Source: Candidatus Thorarchaeota archaeon
Lineage (GTDB): Archaea > Asgardarchaeota > Thorarchaeia > Thorarchaeales > Thorarchaeaceae
Assembly: GCA_029855935.1 (NCBI GenBank)
Contig: JAGSHN010000027.1
Coordinates: forward strand, 1-64,000
Length of the DNA stretch: 64,000 nucleotides
Reading direction: 5' to 3'
Part shown: positions 1 to 9,178 of the stretch, piece after piece
Numbering within the stretch: position 1 is the first letter of the stretch
Layout of the letters: every line of letters starts with the position of its first letter
Notes under the pieces: generated by a model
Database searches by the model: none
The model's input: only the letters and a program-made list of their open reading frames with translations
What the model was told of the DNA's origin: nothing
Position numbers and translations under genes: made by a program

Positions 1-468
1 GATGAGCTGTGTTTCCATTCCGTAGGGCTCGGCCAAGCGTTTCATCTCACGCTCAATCTCGTCGAACGGCGGCTGAATCAGGTCAATCTTGTTTCCGACG
101 AGAATGAACCGGCCGCCATCTCCGTCTCTGAGACGCAGGCTGCTGTTCTCCTCTATTGCAGGAAGCCAATAGCCAAAGACGGCATCGAGTGTCGACATCC
201 GGGTGACATCAAAGAAGAGAAGTCCGAGCTTGGCACCACGGATCATCGTCTTCAAGGTCTCAATGAACCGGAGTTGTCCGCCAAAGTCCCAGATTGATAG
301 CGTGACCGATCGACCGTCACCGAGCGTGACTTTCTTTGTGTCAAAACTTGCGCCCACTGTAGTCCTCAACTTTGCTGGGTCGGGAAAGGTGCCTGTCGTC
401 CAGCGGCTTGTGAATGACGTTTTCCCGCACTCAGTTTCTCCCAGTACGACTGCCTTGAGTATAGCCAT
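1..468 (-). CDS. Ras-superfamily small GTPase (Rab/Roc-like), 3' end runs off the window; missing from the ORF track
   Basis: Manual translation from ATG 468: MAILKAVVLGETECGKTSFTSRW (G1), TTVG (G2), SIWDFGGQ (G3), ILVGNKID (G4). The frame is open to position 1. Confidence 0.93.
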   Translation of the reverse strand, partial: MAILKAVVLGETECGKTSFTSRWTTGTFPDPAKLRTTVGASFDTKKVTLGDGRSVTLSIWDFGGQLRFIETLKTMIRGAKLGLLFFDVTRMSTLDAVFGYWLPAIEENSSLRLRDGDGGRFILVGNKIDLIQPPFDEIEREMKRLAEPYGMETQLI

Positions 469-524
469 CGTCCTGTCGCTCCGTTCTCGCCAGGCTGGTG
501 TAAGATGCCCATCGCCTTTTTACT

Positions 525-1865
525 CTAGCTAGTACGACTTCGTAGACGATGACGGAGTGTCGGGCTGCTCAACAACAGGGAGATGGAAACCCCCACGAAC
601 AGGAACAACGTAATCGGTACGGGGATGACAAATGAGAGCATCACCGCGAACACGAGCAACACAATCGACAGCATGAACCAAGCAAAGTATCCTGCAGCGG
701 TCCGTGCTCCAAGCCTGTACAGACGTCGAACGGTGTACGCATAGGCTACAATCCCCACAACGAGCATCCCGGCGGGCGCCCAGAGGAGCGATTCGAGTGT
801 CCAGCGTCCTGCAGATGCGAAGTCGTGCGCAAGAACGCTGACGACCGTCACAAACACCAAGAAGACGCGACGAGCAAGCGAGACGTATCTCTTCGTTATG
901 GTCGCAATTGCTGCGACGACGAAGGCACCGATGGTGCCGTTTCCAAGCACCCACTCCAGCCACTGAATGTCAAGAAGTACTAAGTTCGGGTAGCTGAAGG
1001 CCCACTCGACTATGTGCAGAGTAACGAGAAGAGAGGCCGCTACAAGTGACGCCGTGATATAGCTTGGCACGGAGGCCTTCGTAGTGGTGGCCTGCTGTGC
1101 GAAGAAGTCAAGGGAGAAGAGACTTGCAAACACGGGTAACGTTGCGATCACAACGAAGGCCAGACGGAAGTAGTCCGCGTCAAGTGCAAGCGCCAAGGCA
1201 ATCGGAGCCACGTTCATCACAGCATAGAATACCGTGTACAGACTCGCAATGAGTCGCCACGGACGAGTCACAGAGGCCAGCAGCGCTGCGGAGAGGGCTG
1301 CGGGAACAAAGACGTAGGGCATCAGCTGCAGATTCGTGATAAGCTGTCCGGTCAGTATCAGGGTCCACACTATCAGGAAAGACCCCTCGATGCCGAGAAG
1401 ACTCGCTGCAAAGGGACTCGGCGAGGAGTAGAGAATCCACACCGTGAGGAGAAGGGTGAGCGTGAAGAGCACGGCGAGGGACAGGACCATCAGCTCGTAG
1501 GTAGTGGTAGGGTCGAGAACTATTGGCACGATCACCGCGAGGCCAATGAGTACCGTTGTCCCGGCGTACCCAAGACGATGTATGACGCTAGAGTCAGTAG
1601 CGATGTGAATGACTGCATTGATGAGGAAGACCATGTAGAAGGTGATTGGCAGACGCTGTGCGGTCAGATCGGGCCAGAACACGCCCACAAGGACTATCAC
1701 CCCAATCGTGACCGTAGCGGCACCAAAGAAGGCGAGAGCTCGTACTGTACTGGACGACAGGCCGTGTCTCACGCCAGCGACTGCTCGCACATAGATGCCC
1801 AGAGCCAGCACAAGCAGAACAAGCGACATCACCGAACCAAACTGGAGAACTGTGTAGTAGTCCAT
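525..1865 (-). CDS. Multi-pass membrane protein (roughly 13-14 TM), paralog of the adjacent gene
   Basis: 446 aa, almost continuously hydrophobic. Shares the MDY start, SPSPF and LDFFxxxAxxTKAxxP with 1872..3284. Confidence 0.85.
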   Translation of the reverse strand: MDYYTVLQFGSVMSLVLLVLALGIYVRAVAGVRHGLSSSTVRALAFFGAATVTIGVIVLVGVFWPDLTAQRLPITFYMVFLINAVIHIATDSSVIHRLGYAGTTVLIGLAVIVPIVLDPTTTYELMVLSLAVLFTLTLLLTVWILYSSPSPFAASLLGIEGSFLIVWTLILTGQLITNLQLMPYVFVPAALSAALLASVTRPWRLIASLYTVFYAVMNVAPIALALALDADYFRLAFVVIATLPVFASLFSLDFFAQQATTTKASVPSYITASLVAASLLVTLHIVEWAFSYPNLVLLDIQWLEWVLGNGTIGAFVVAAIATITKRYVSLARRVFLVFVTVVSVLAHDFASAGRWTLESLLWAPAGMLVVGIVAYAYTVRRLYRLGARTAAGYFAWFMLSIVLLVFAVMLSFVIPVPITLFLFVGVSISLLLSSPTLRHRLRSRTS

Positions 1866-1871
1866 TCTCTC

Positions 1872-3284
1872 TCACGCTCCACGGCTCCTGACCATTGGCC
1901 TGAAACTCCGCTTCAGAGTACCATACGCCTCGGATGGAACGCTCTTCAGTAGGATCAGCCCCGTTAGTACCCATATGATGATATTCACAATCAGTTGAGA
2001 CCTGTCAGAGTACAGAACAACTCCCGAAGCAAGTAGGGCACTGACTGTAAAGGCGAGCAGTCGCTTCGCGGCAGTATCGCGTCCTAGCCGCCTCAGGTCA
2101 ATCATTATCTTTGACATCAGGCCGACCGCTATCACAATGAAGACGATGAGAGGCAGATACAGAAGCTCTAGCTCGTAGCGTCCCGCATTGATCCACGGAA
2201 AGCCGAGTACGATGAGTACTGAGCTGAACACCAGCAAACTGTCAATCCCCCACTCTATTGCCCAGCCACTGTAGGTGGCTGTCAGTGCAGCCAGCATGAA
2301 CGACGACACTGCTACAAGACCCAGTAGCCAGTCGGTGTACACTATGTAGGGGTCCCAGACGCCGTGGATGACGGACAACAGCAGTGTTCCCGCATCTTCT
2401 CCAGACAGGTGGAGCCCCTCAGCAGCGTAAGCCCAGTTCACAAAGTGCGAAACACCAATGAGCAACATAGACGTGGTTGTCAGGGCAAGGAACTTTGGCG
2501 TGCGCGCTTTGGTCTCCGCAGCCTCCTTGGAGAAGAAGTCCAGTGGGAGAACCCACAACAAGGACACAATCATCGACGGAACTACAAATGAGTAGATCGC
2601 AAAGTCATTCGAGAGCATAGACGCAATCACTATTGGAAGCCCTGATCCCAAGGTGATAGAGACCATCGCAAGGTCCAAGATGAGCCTCCTGGGCCGCCCA
2701 ACCGAGGCCAGCGTCGGTGCCATTATTGACACTATCAGCAGAGCAATCGGAGAGTACTGAGGAAACCGAGTGAGTGGTCCCGCAGCCACTATCGACCCAT
2801 AGGCGAAGTTTGCCAAAGAAACTGCAAAGATGGATATTGAGAAGGGAGATGGTGAAACCAGCATCACTTCGAGGGAGACGAGCAGAAGAATCCCAGCAAC
2901 GAGAATTGCCACATAGAACATGAGCCTGAATGCTAGGCCCGTTACAAGGAGCGTGACGATAGTGGCAGTGAGAAAGAACGCCGACAGAATGTAGACAACC
3001 CAGAGCCAAAGCCTGCGCTCAATGTATGCAGTGGCTGCCGATGAGCCCAGAGTCACCAAAGCGATGGCGTAGAGCGTCTTAGTCCATTCAAAGGAGTACA
3101 ACGTTGCAAGGGAAGTCAGCGCTGCAAAAATCAGAGAGAGGGCATAAAGAATGAGCGCCTTCCTTGTCGTTGCCGAGATTGATGAGCCAATCTGTTTCAG
3201 TGTCGCCGCAAATATGACGATGCCCAGAATCGATATCACGATGCCAGCATATGCCGTGAGCAGCAAGACGAGCGCATAGTCCAT
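1872..3284 (-). CDS. Multi-pass membrane protein (roughly 13-14 TM), paralog of the adjacent gene
   Basis: 470-aa hydrophobic ORF with AGGAGG upstream and motifs SPSPF and LDFFSKEAAETKARTP. Confidence 0.85.
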   Translation of the reverse strand: MDYALVLLLTAYAGIVISILGIVIFAATLKQIGSSISATTRKALILYALSLIFAALTSLATLYSFEWTKTLYAIALVTLGSSAATAYIERRLWLWVVYILSAFFLTATIVTLLVTGLAFRLMFYVAILVAGILLLVSLEVMLVSPSPFSISIFAVSLANFAYGSIVAAGPLTRFPQYSPIALLIVSIMAPTLASVGRPRRLILDLAMVSITLGSGLPIVIASMLSNDFAIYSFVVPSMIVSLLWVLPLDFFSKEAAETKARTPKFLALTTTSMLLIGVSHFVNWAYAAEGLHLSGEDAGTLLLSVIHGVWDPYIVYTDWLLGLVAVSSFMLAALTATYSGWAIEWGIDSLLVFSSVLIVLGFPWINAGRYELELLYLPLIVFIVIAVGLMSKIMIDLRRLGRDTAAKRLLAFTVSALLASGVVLYSDRSQLIVNIIIWVLTGLILLKSVPSEAYGTLKRSFRPMVRSRGA

Positions 3285-3296
3285 CAGAAGGTCCTC

Positions 3297-3677
3297 CTAT
3301 CTCCAGAGATCGCCAATCTCTTTACCTCTTCGCCTAAGAGCGCTCTCAACCTCCGATGAGAGCTCCGCATCAGAAGCACTTGGATTCTTCATCACCGCCT
3401 TGAGAGCGTCCTCGACCTCCCGCTCACCATCACCCTCGGAGATGAACACTATGTCATCCACCACGCAGTATCCGATGACACCCCGGTCCGATTTCATAAA
3501 GCTGGGAGTCAGATTGGACATCCCTGAGCCGGTTCCTGAGAGTGCTGCAGAGACCAGCTGAACGATGCCAGTGAGAAGGGCAAGGCGCTGTTCGTCTTCC
3601 TCCCTGTCGGGATATATTATTGCGGACTGCATTGTGTCCATATGAACGCGTACTACAAGTCGAACTGTCAAAGTCAC
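3297..3677 (-). CDS. Longin/roadblock-like small protein
   Basis: 126 aa with an apparent beta-beta-alpha(LALLTGIVQLVSAAL)-beta-beta-beta-alpha-alpha pattern typical of longin folds. The GTG start overlaps the upstream stop (GTGA). Confidence 0.6.
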   Translation of the reverse strand: MTLTVRLVVRVHMDTMQSAIIYPDREEDEQRLALLTGIVQLVSAALSGTGSGMSNLTPSFMKSDRGVIGYCVVDDIVFISEGDGEREVEDALKAVMKNPSASDAELSSEVESALRRRGKEIGDLWR

Positions 3678-3949
3678 TCACCACCAAACGCTCTTGAAAC
3701 CCAGTCGAGTCCGGACACGGGCTTGCTCTCCTCCTCCTTTCTGAGCGGAACGACAACATCCCTGATGCCAAGTCCGTTGGGCGTGTTGTAGAGAGTCACA
3801 AGAAGCTCGTGCCCCTGCTTGCACCGGACTATGATTGTGGGGGAGCGCCCGGTGCTTGTGATCTTGGTCTTGATCTCGGCCTCCTCCTCCCCAGTCATCT
3901 CTATCTCAGCGGGACTCCTGCATTCCGGGCACGAGAACACTATCTTCAT
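3674..3949 (-). CDS. Small Zn-ribbon protein
   Basis: Start at ATG 3949 (MKIVFSCPEC). CxxC...CxxxH metal ligands (CPEC, CKQGH). 91 aa. Confidence 0.8.
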   Translation of the reverse strand: MKIVFSCPECRSPAEIEMTGEEEAEIKTKITSTGRSPTIIVRCKQGHELLVTLYNTPNGLGIRDVVVPLRKEEESKPVSGLDWVSRAFGGE

Positions 3950-3980
3950 CGATGCATCCCTTCGATGCTCGCTCGTGAAC

Positions 3981-3997
3981 AATACTTTAAGCTTCTG
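3981..3997 (-). promoter_or_regulatory. Putative BRE/TATA promoter of the GTPase operon
   Basis: Minus strand CAGAAGCTTAAAGTATT about 35 nt upstream of ATG 3949. Confidence 0.45.
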
Positions 3998-4072
3998 TGG
4001 ATGGACACCACACCGCAACAACGGCTCTGAGAGAGGAGAGCAGATTGTCCAGTCCGTCCACGACAGCCGCCG

Positions 4073-4948
4073 TCATCCGGATGGCCACGAGGGACGCATA
4101 GAGACCCACGGCTCGTCCAGATCACCCGCCATCACACCCACTGGCAGGTATGGAGTATCGAACCCTATGCCGACGTCTCCTTGAGAGTCCACCATTATCA
4201 GTCCGGCCTCCCCCGTCGTGCGATCCCTGAGCACCCTCATTATGTTATGTGTGGCATCCCTCACCGTTGAGCCCTCTTCAACGTAGTGAACGGCCATCCT
4301 CGCCATTGTTATGCGCAGTATCTGTTCACCACGACCAGTGCAGCACGCTGCAGCAACCTCGTTAGCGTAGACGCCAGCGCCCACTATGGGAGTGTCTCCG
4401 ACACGTCCTGGCAGTTTCCCAGTCCAGCCGCTCGTGGAAGCAGCACTTGCAAGACGGCCGTACAGATCCACAGCAACAGCGCCGACCGTATCGCAGCCCT
4501 CAGCCAAGGGAGTCATCCCTGTGACACCGGGAGCGACCTCCTCACGGTAGCCCTCTCTGACCATCTTCTCATACAGTCTGATTGCGCCATCGGCGACGAA
4601 CTGCATGTTCGGCGTTCGCTCAAGCACGTATCTGGCGAGGGAGATCGGATGCGTGATGCCGCGTACCGCCATCACGGCACCGCTCTCAAGACGGTTTCCG
4701 TCCATGATGATTGCATCAAGCTCGACGAACCCCTCTGCGTTTGGAGCGGCGCCCCTCCCCGCGGTGAACAGACCGGAGTCCTCCATTACCCAGACCGCTG
4801 CCTCGACGGCCTCGAGCGCCGTGCCGCGCTCAAGCATCACCGCATAGCCCTTTGATGAAGCCCGCCTCACTGCCTCAAGGATTGCCGGATGATCAGACTC
4901 CTTGAAGGATGTTGCCCCGCCGTGAACGACTATGACCGGACGCCTCAT
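4073..4948 (-). CDS. iaaA: Isoaspartyl peptidase / L-asparaginase type 2 (Ntn hydrolase)
   Basis: VVHGGA, ELDAIIMDG, nucleophile DTVGAVA, STSG..KLPGRVGDTP..GAG.YA, TGRGE. Likely start MRRPV at 4948. Confidence 0.92.
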   Translation of the reverse strand: MRRPVIVVHGGATSFKESDHPAILEAVRRASSKGYAVMLERGTALEAVEAAVWVMEDSGLFTAGRGAAPNAEGFVELDAIIMDGNRLESGAVMAVRGITHPISLARYVLERTPNMQFVADGAIRLYEKMVREGYREEVAPGVTGMTPLAEGCDTVGAVAVDLYGRLASAASTSGWTGKLPGRVGDTPIVGAGVYANEVAAACCTGRGEQILRITMARMAVHYVEEGSTVRDATHNIMRVLRDRTTGEAGLIMVDSQGDVGIGFDTPYLPVGVMAGDLDEPWVSMRPSWPSG

Positions 4949-5399
4949 TTCGGGCACAAGTCGCAGCCACGTTCCAACAAGAAAAAAGTATCGAGAGAGC
5001 ATTGTGGTCGCTGTCGCTCTTAAGCTCCACGCGCCCGGCTGACCACAGCCCCAGAGGACTGCAGGGCATTTGCAATTCTAGACAGTATTGTAGCAACGTG
5101 CCACCAGTGGAGGCTATCATCCCATCACCGTACCAATGGTCAGACAACAAGACACCACACCTGAACGGGGAACCAGTCCGCATGGCCCCTGATCTTCTGC
5201 CCTCCCCCTCCTCTGTTGGTTGCGGTCCTGGTCCCCCAAACGGCGGCCACAATACTGGCGGGTCACGTCCACTCGCCTTGCTCCTTTTCGTGTGGCCGCC
5301 GGACCAGCGACTGTGAGCAGAGCGTGCGAGAGAGAGTGCCAGGTCGCCGGACATTGACCGAGGTCAGCGCTGAGAAGCGTGCGAGTCGGTCACGGTGTC

Positions 5400-6284
5400 T
5401 CAGAAGCCCATCCGATGGAGCTCTCTACGAAGGAACTCTCTCGTCGTCACGAGCTCATTCCACCTTGCCGCAAACTTCTCGGGCTCAATCTCCTGACGCC
5501 TATACTTTAGCTCCAGCTCTTGGAGTTCGAGATCGGTCTCCGTTATGCGATCGCGCAGCATCTGGGCCATCAGTGCCGCGGTCTTCTCCTCGGTGTCCGT
5601 CGGCCGCTGCACAGAGACAATCCGGCCGTCCAGAATCCTGTAGATGCGGTCGGTCTGACGCGCAATGGCGGGGTCGTGCGTCACGATAATGACCGTCTTC
5701 CCCATCTCCTTGTTGACCCTGTGAAGAAACTCGACAACCCTTGCCCCGGTCTCCGTATCGAGATCGCCCGTGGGTTCGTCACAGATGAGGATTGGCGGGT
5801 CGTTTGCGAGCGCCGCTGCAATCGCCACACGCTGCTTCTCGCCACCAGACAGTTCGTCAGGCTTGTGATTCATCCGGTCTTGGAGGCCCACGGTCTCGAG
5901 AAGTATCTCTGCTCGTTTCCTCCGCTCGGACTGAGGAGCATTGACAGCAAGCATCGGGAGCTCGACATTCTCGAACGCGGTGAGCGTGGGAATGAGGTTG
6001 AGAGTCTGGAATATGTGACCAACAATCCTCTGACGTAAGTAGCCAAGCTGAGCAGGCGTGGCTGCAGTGATCTCTCTTCCCGCCACCCACACTTGTCCTG
6101 CTGTCGCTGATGTCAGGCCCCCAATGATGTTGAGCAGAGTCGTCTTGCCAGAGCCTGACGGGCCCACAATGGCAATCATCTCGCCCTGTTCGATGCTCAT
6201 CGAGAGCCCTCTCAAGGCCTGAATCTCCACCTTGCCAATACGATAGACCTTCACCAAGTCTTTCGTCTCTATGTAACTGACCAT
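5400..6284 (-). CDS. ABC transporter ATP-binding protein (LolD/MacB family) with C-terminal helical extension
   Basis: [34 protein letters not shown]. Confidence 0.95.
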   Translation of the reverse strand: MVSYIETKDLVKVYRIGKVEIQALRGLSMSIEQGEMIAIVGPSGSGKTTLLNIIGGLTSATAGQVWVAGREITAATPAQLGYLRQRIVGHIFQTLNLIPTLTAFENVELPMLAVNAPQSERRKRAEILLETVGLQDRMNHKPDELSGGEKQRVAIAAALANDPPILICDEPTGDLDTETGARVVEFLHRVNKEMGKTVIIVTHDPAIARQTDRIYRILDGRIVSVQRPTDTEEKTAALMAQMLRDRITETDLELQELELKYRRQEIEPEKFAARWNELVTTREFLRRELHRMGF

Positions 6285-6294
6285 CCCTTCTCAC

Positions 6295-9075
6295 CTACTC
6301 CCTGAGCACGCTGATCTTCTCCTCTGTCAAGCGCGAGGCCAGTAGCACTGGTATCAGTGCCGCAATGACCACGATCATGACAATCGCAAACATCTCTAGA
6401 CCCACAAGGAGGTCGAGGACGATACGGGGGCGGACCAGCTGCATTGCGTTCTGACTCTGGTTGGCAATCTCGCCGAAGAGCTGTACGAGCCCGGTCCCGA
6501 GCCCCAACAACAATGAGAAGACCACCATGACCAGTACTTCACCGAACAGTACCTTCAGCACTTGCCTGCGCTCGAAACCTCTGACACCAAGGAGAGTCAC
6601 CTCGTACTCCTTCTCCTTCAGTGTCAGCCCCACAACCAGAACCGTACCGACTACGGCAAGAACAAGTGCAAAGAGTATGCCCACCCACCGCGTACGAACA
6701 CCAGCCATCTGAAAGTCATTCTCCTGCAATTCCTGTATCTCTGAGGTCATCGAGTGGGTCTCCACATAGTCTGGAAACATCGATGCAAGCTGTTGCTCAA
6801 TCTCGGTGCCGTTGAGGTCGGGTGCTGTCTTGACCAGCAGATGAGGCTGGCAGGAGGACAACAGTCCTGCCGACTCAAGAAAGTCGGTCGGCACGAACGA
6901 CGGGTACAGTCCCGCAAGGGCGAACTGGCCCACGAACTCCTCGAGAGGACTCGCATAGCCAACGAGCTCCACAATCTCAAGCCTGTAGGCGTCGCCCAGA
7001 GCTCTGATCGTGATGAAGTTCCCCACCCGGAGGTCGAGCTCACGTGCCACGGATATCGAGAGCATCACCTTTGACCCAGTGAAATTGTCAAGCGCGGACA
7101 TCGGATTCCCACTGACGAACCAGCCATTCTCGTAGAACGCCGTTTTGGCCCACTCGGTGGCATTGATACCGCGTACCTCCAATGGACCCATCGTGGTGCT
7201 CAGCGAAATACGGTACTCAACTGTCACCGAGACGACTCCGTCTAGGGTCCGTGTAGCCTCAACGACAGGGGTCATATTGTAGCCGGCCGGAAACACCACG
7301 GAGACATCAGAACCCACGGAGTACTGCATATTGCGGAGCGTCCAGTCGGCCTCAGAGTACAGGCTGCCGACACTGTAGACCCCGTACGCCACAATCAGCG
7401 ACAGGACAAAGACCAGGGCCGCGTTTCTGACGGGGTTCCTCCGTACGTTCCGCGTGGCAAGCCGTCCAAAGGCGCCAAAGAATCGTCTCGCAGCACTGAC
7501 TATCGCCGCCTGAAACTTCTGCGACCCACGAAGCAGTATCTTGGTCAGCCCGTACAGGAACAGAATTGGCCCCACAAATCCGAGAAATACGTCGACAGGT
7601 GTCCATATGGCAACGACAATGTACAGTATCAGATTGACTCCGCGGGCAAGGGCCAGCACTGACAATATGTTGATCCCAAGTGCCCACATGATGATCTTGT
7701 ACGTACCAAGTAGCAGGGCGATTGTGGGCAGCAGTCGCCTATACTGACGACGCTCCTCGATGTAGACGTACTGCTTCAGCGCATCAAGAGGTTCCAAACT
7801 GGCCGCGCGATCCGCTGGTCCACGCACCGACCACACCGCAAGTATCATTGTGAAGATAACTATGACCACAGCATCCATCGGGGTACTGGCAATGACGGGC
7901 ATCAGCGACTCAAGACCGGATCCTGCGATGGCGCATCCCATTCCCGCAGCCAGCACAACGCTCAGGGCGCCGGTGCTGATGCCGATTATCGCGGCCTCCA
8001 TCAACAACATCCCGCGAATTCTCTTCGGGCTGAAGCCCTTCGTCTGCAGCAGACCGAACTCCCGTCTCCGCAGGTTGTAGCTGACATCACTGAGCATCGT
8101 TGACGAGTACCAGCTCATGAATATCACAGGCACGGCCATCGCGACGAAGCTCAAGACGATCAACGAACCTATTGCTGACAGAACCGTCAGCAAAGGCGTG
8201 ATGATGCTGGTGACCCGCGTGTTGTACTCAGCGGTGCGGTCTTCAATCTTCGCAACTGCCTGTTCGACGTTGCTGAGTGATCCTGAGAGATCGTATGGGT
8301 TGATGAGCGTATCACGGTCCAATCTACAGAGAAAGGCAGTCTGAACCGCCATCAGCACCACATCGTCGTGGTTCTCGTACCACTTGAGAAGTGGTGCTAT
8401 CGTCTTCTCCCAGTCTACGAGAAGTACGTTGTAGACCCGCTGATTCTGTTGCCGCTGTCGACCCCCACTCAGCTGCTCAAACACCGAGATACTTGAGGGA
8501 TTGAAGAGACGGGCAGTGTTCTCCGAGACGTCGACAAAGCCAGCGACCGTGAGATTGACGAACACGTGACCCACGAAGGGAGGACCTGACAGAAGAAGAG
8601 GGATGTCAACAGTGAGGACCTCCCCGATGGACAGGAGAGAGGCGTTTACTGAAGAGGCCACCACGTACGTCTCATTCGCGGCCAGTGCTGCCGACCCGTT
8701 GATGTGGTGAAGAGACGACATCACGGACGAGTTATCGAACATCCCTACCACAGTGAACGATTGCCCGAGTGTCGCATTATGGGTATAGGTCATACCACCG
8801 TACCTGTCTGCGATCTCCACCTCCGGTAGAGAGTTCAGTACGCTCTGCACCTCGGACAATTCCGAACGCGTCCAGGTGACGTTGTTGGCCACTACGTGGA
8901 CGTCATAGTCAATCTCGCTCAGCGCCGTGGAGACAGCATCAGACGTGAGAACATCCGCAGACATCAGCATGCTCCCAAAGAAGGTCCCTGCAACCAGCAC
9001 ACCGATTACAAGCGCCAGTGTCAGCCTATAGCCACGAGCAACTCTCTTGAGAGCATACTTGAACATCAACCACAC
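6295..9075 (-). CDS. FtsX/MacB-type ABC permease (duplicated, two large extracellular domains)
   Basis: Two FtsX-like halves with RRREFGLLQTKG and KEYEVTLLGVRG motifs. Adjacent to the LolD-like ATPase. Confidence 0.9.
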   Translation of the reverse strand: MWLMFKYALKRVARGYRLTLALVIGVLVAGTFFGSMLMSADVLTSDAVSTALSEIDYDVHVVANNVTWTRSELSEVQSVLNSLPEVEIADRYGGMTYTHNATLGQSFTVVGMFDNSSVMSSLHHINGSAALAANETYVVASSVNASLLSIGEVLTVDIPLLLSGPPFVGHVFVNLTVAGFVDVSENTARLFNPSSISVFEQLSGGRQRQQNQRVYNVLLVDWEKTIAPLLKWYENHDDVVLMAVQTAFLCRLDRDTLINPYDLSGSLSNVEQAVAKIEDRTAEYNTRVTSIITPLLTVLSAIGSLIVLSFVAMAVPVIFMSWYSSTMLSDVSYNLRRREFGLLQTKGFSPKRIRGMLLMEAAIIGISTGALSVVLAAGMGCAIAGSGLESLMPVIASTPMDAVVIVIFTMILAVWSVRGPADRAASLEPLDALKQYVYIEERRQYRRLLPTIALLLGTYKIIMWALGINILSVLALARGVNLILYIVVAIWTPVDVFLGFVGPILFLYGLTKILLRGSQKFQAAIVSAARRFFGAFGRLATRNVRRNPVRNAALVFVLSLIVAYGVYSVGSLYSEADWTLRNMQYSVGSDVSVVFPAGYNMTPVVEATRTLDGVVSVTVEYRISLSTTMGPLEVRGINATEWAKTAFYENGWFVSGNPMSALDNFTGSKVMLSISVARELDLRVGNFITIRALGDAYRLEIVELVGYASPLEEFVGQFALAGLYPSFVPTDFLESAGLLSSCQPHLLVKTAPDLNGTEIEQQLASMFPDYVETHSMTSEIQELQENDFQMAGVRTRWVGILFALVLAVVGTVLVVGLTLKEKEYEVTLLGVRGFERRQVLKVLFGEVLVMVVFSLLLGLGTGLVQLFGEIANQSQNAMQLVRPRIVLDLLVGLEMFAIVMIVVIAALIPVLLASRLTEEKISVLRE

Positions 9076-9100
9076 TCCAGCACCTTTCCGCCCAAAACCT

Positions 9101-9110
9101 CGTTAAAAGG
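9101..9110 (-). promoter_or_regulatory. Putative TATA box for the ABC permease
   Basis: Minus strand CCTTTTAACG about 30 nt upstream of GTG 9075. Confidence 0.45.
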
Positions 9111-9178
9111 CCACTGTACAAGGCATCTAGACGATTGATGCTGTACCATGCAACACGACTCTACCAGCGACCCTTCTA

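Noticed and set aside
203-532. 109-aa plus-strand ORF
   Set aside because: Antisense to the small GTPase, which has all G motifs on the minus strand.
4893-5689. Overlapping small ORFs in the asparaginase-ABC intergenic region
   Set aside because: Pro/Arg/Ser-rich, lacking motifs and mutually overlapping. More consistent with non-coding sequence.
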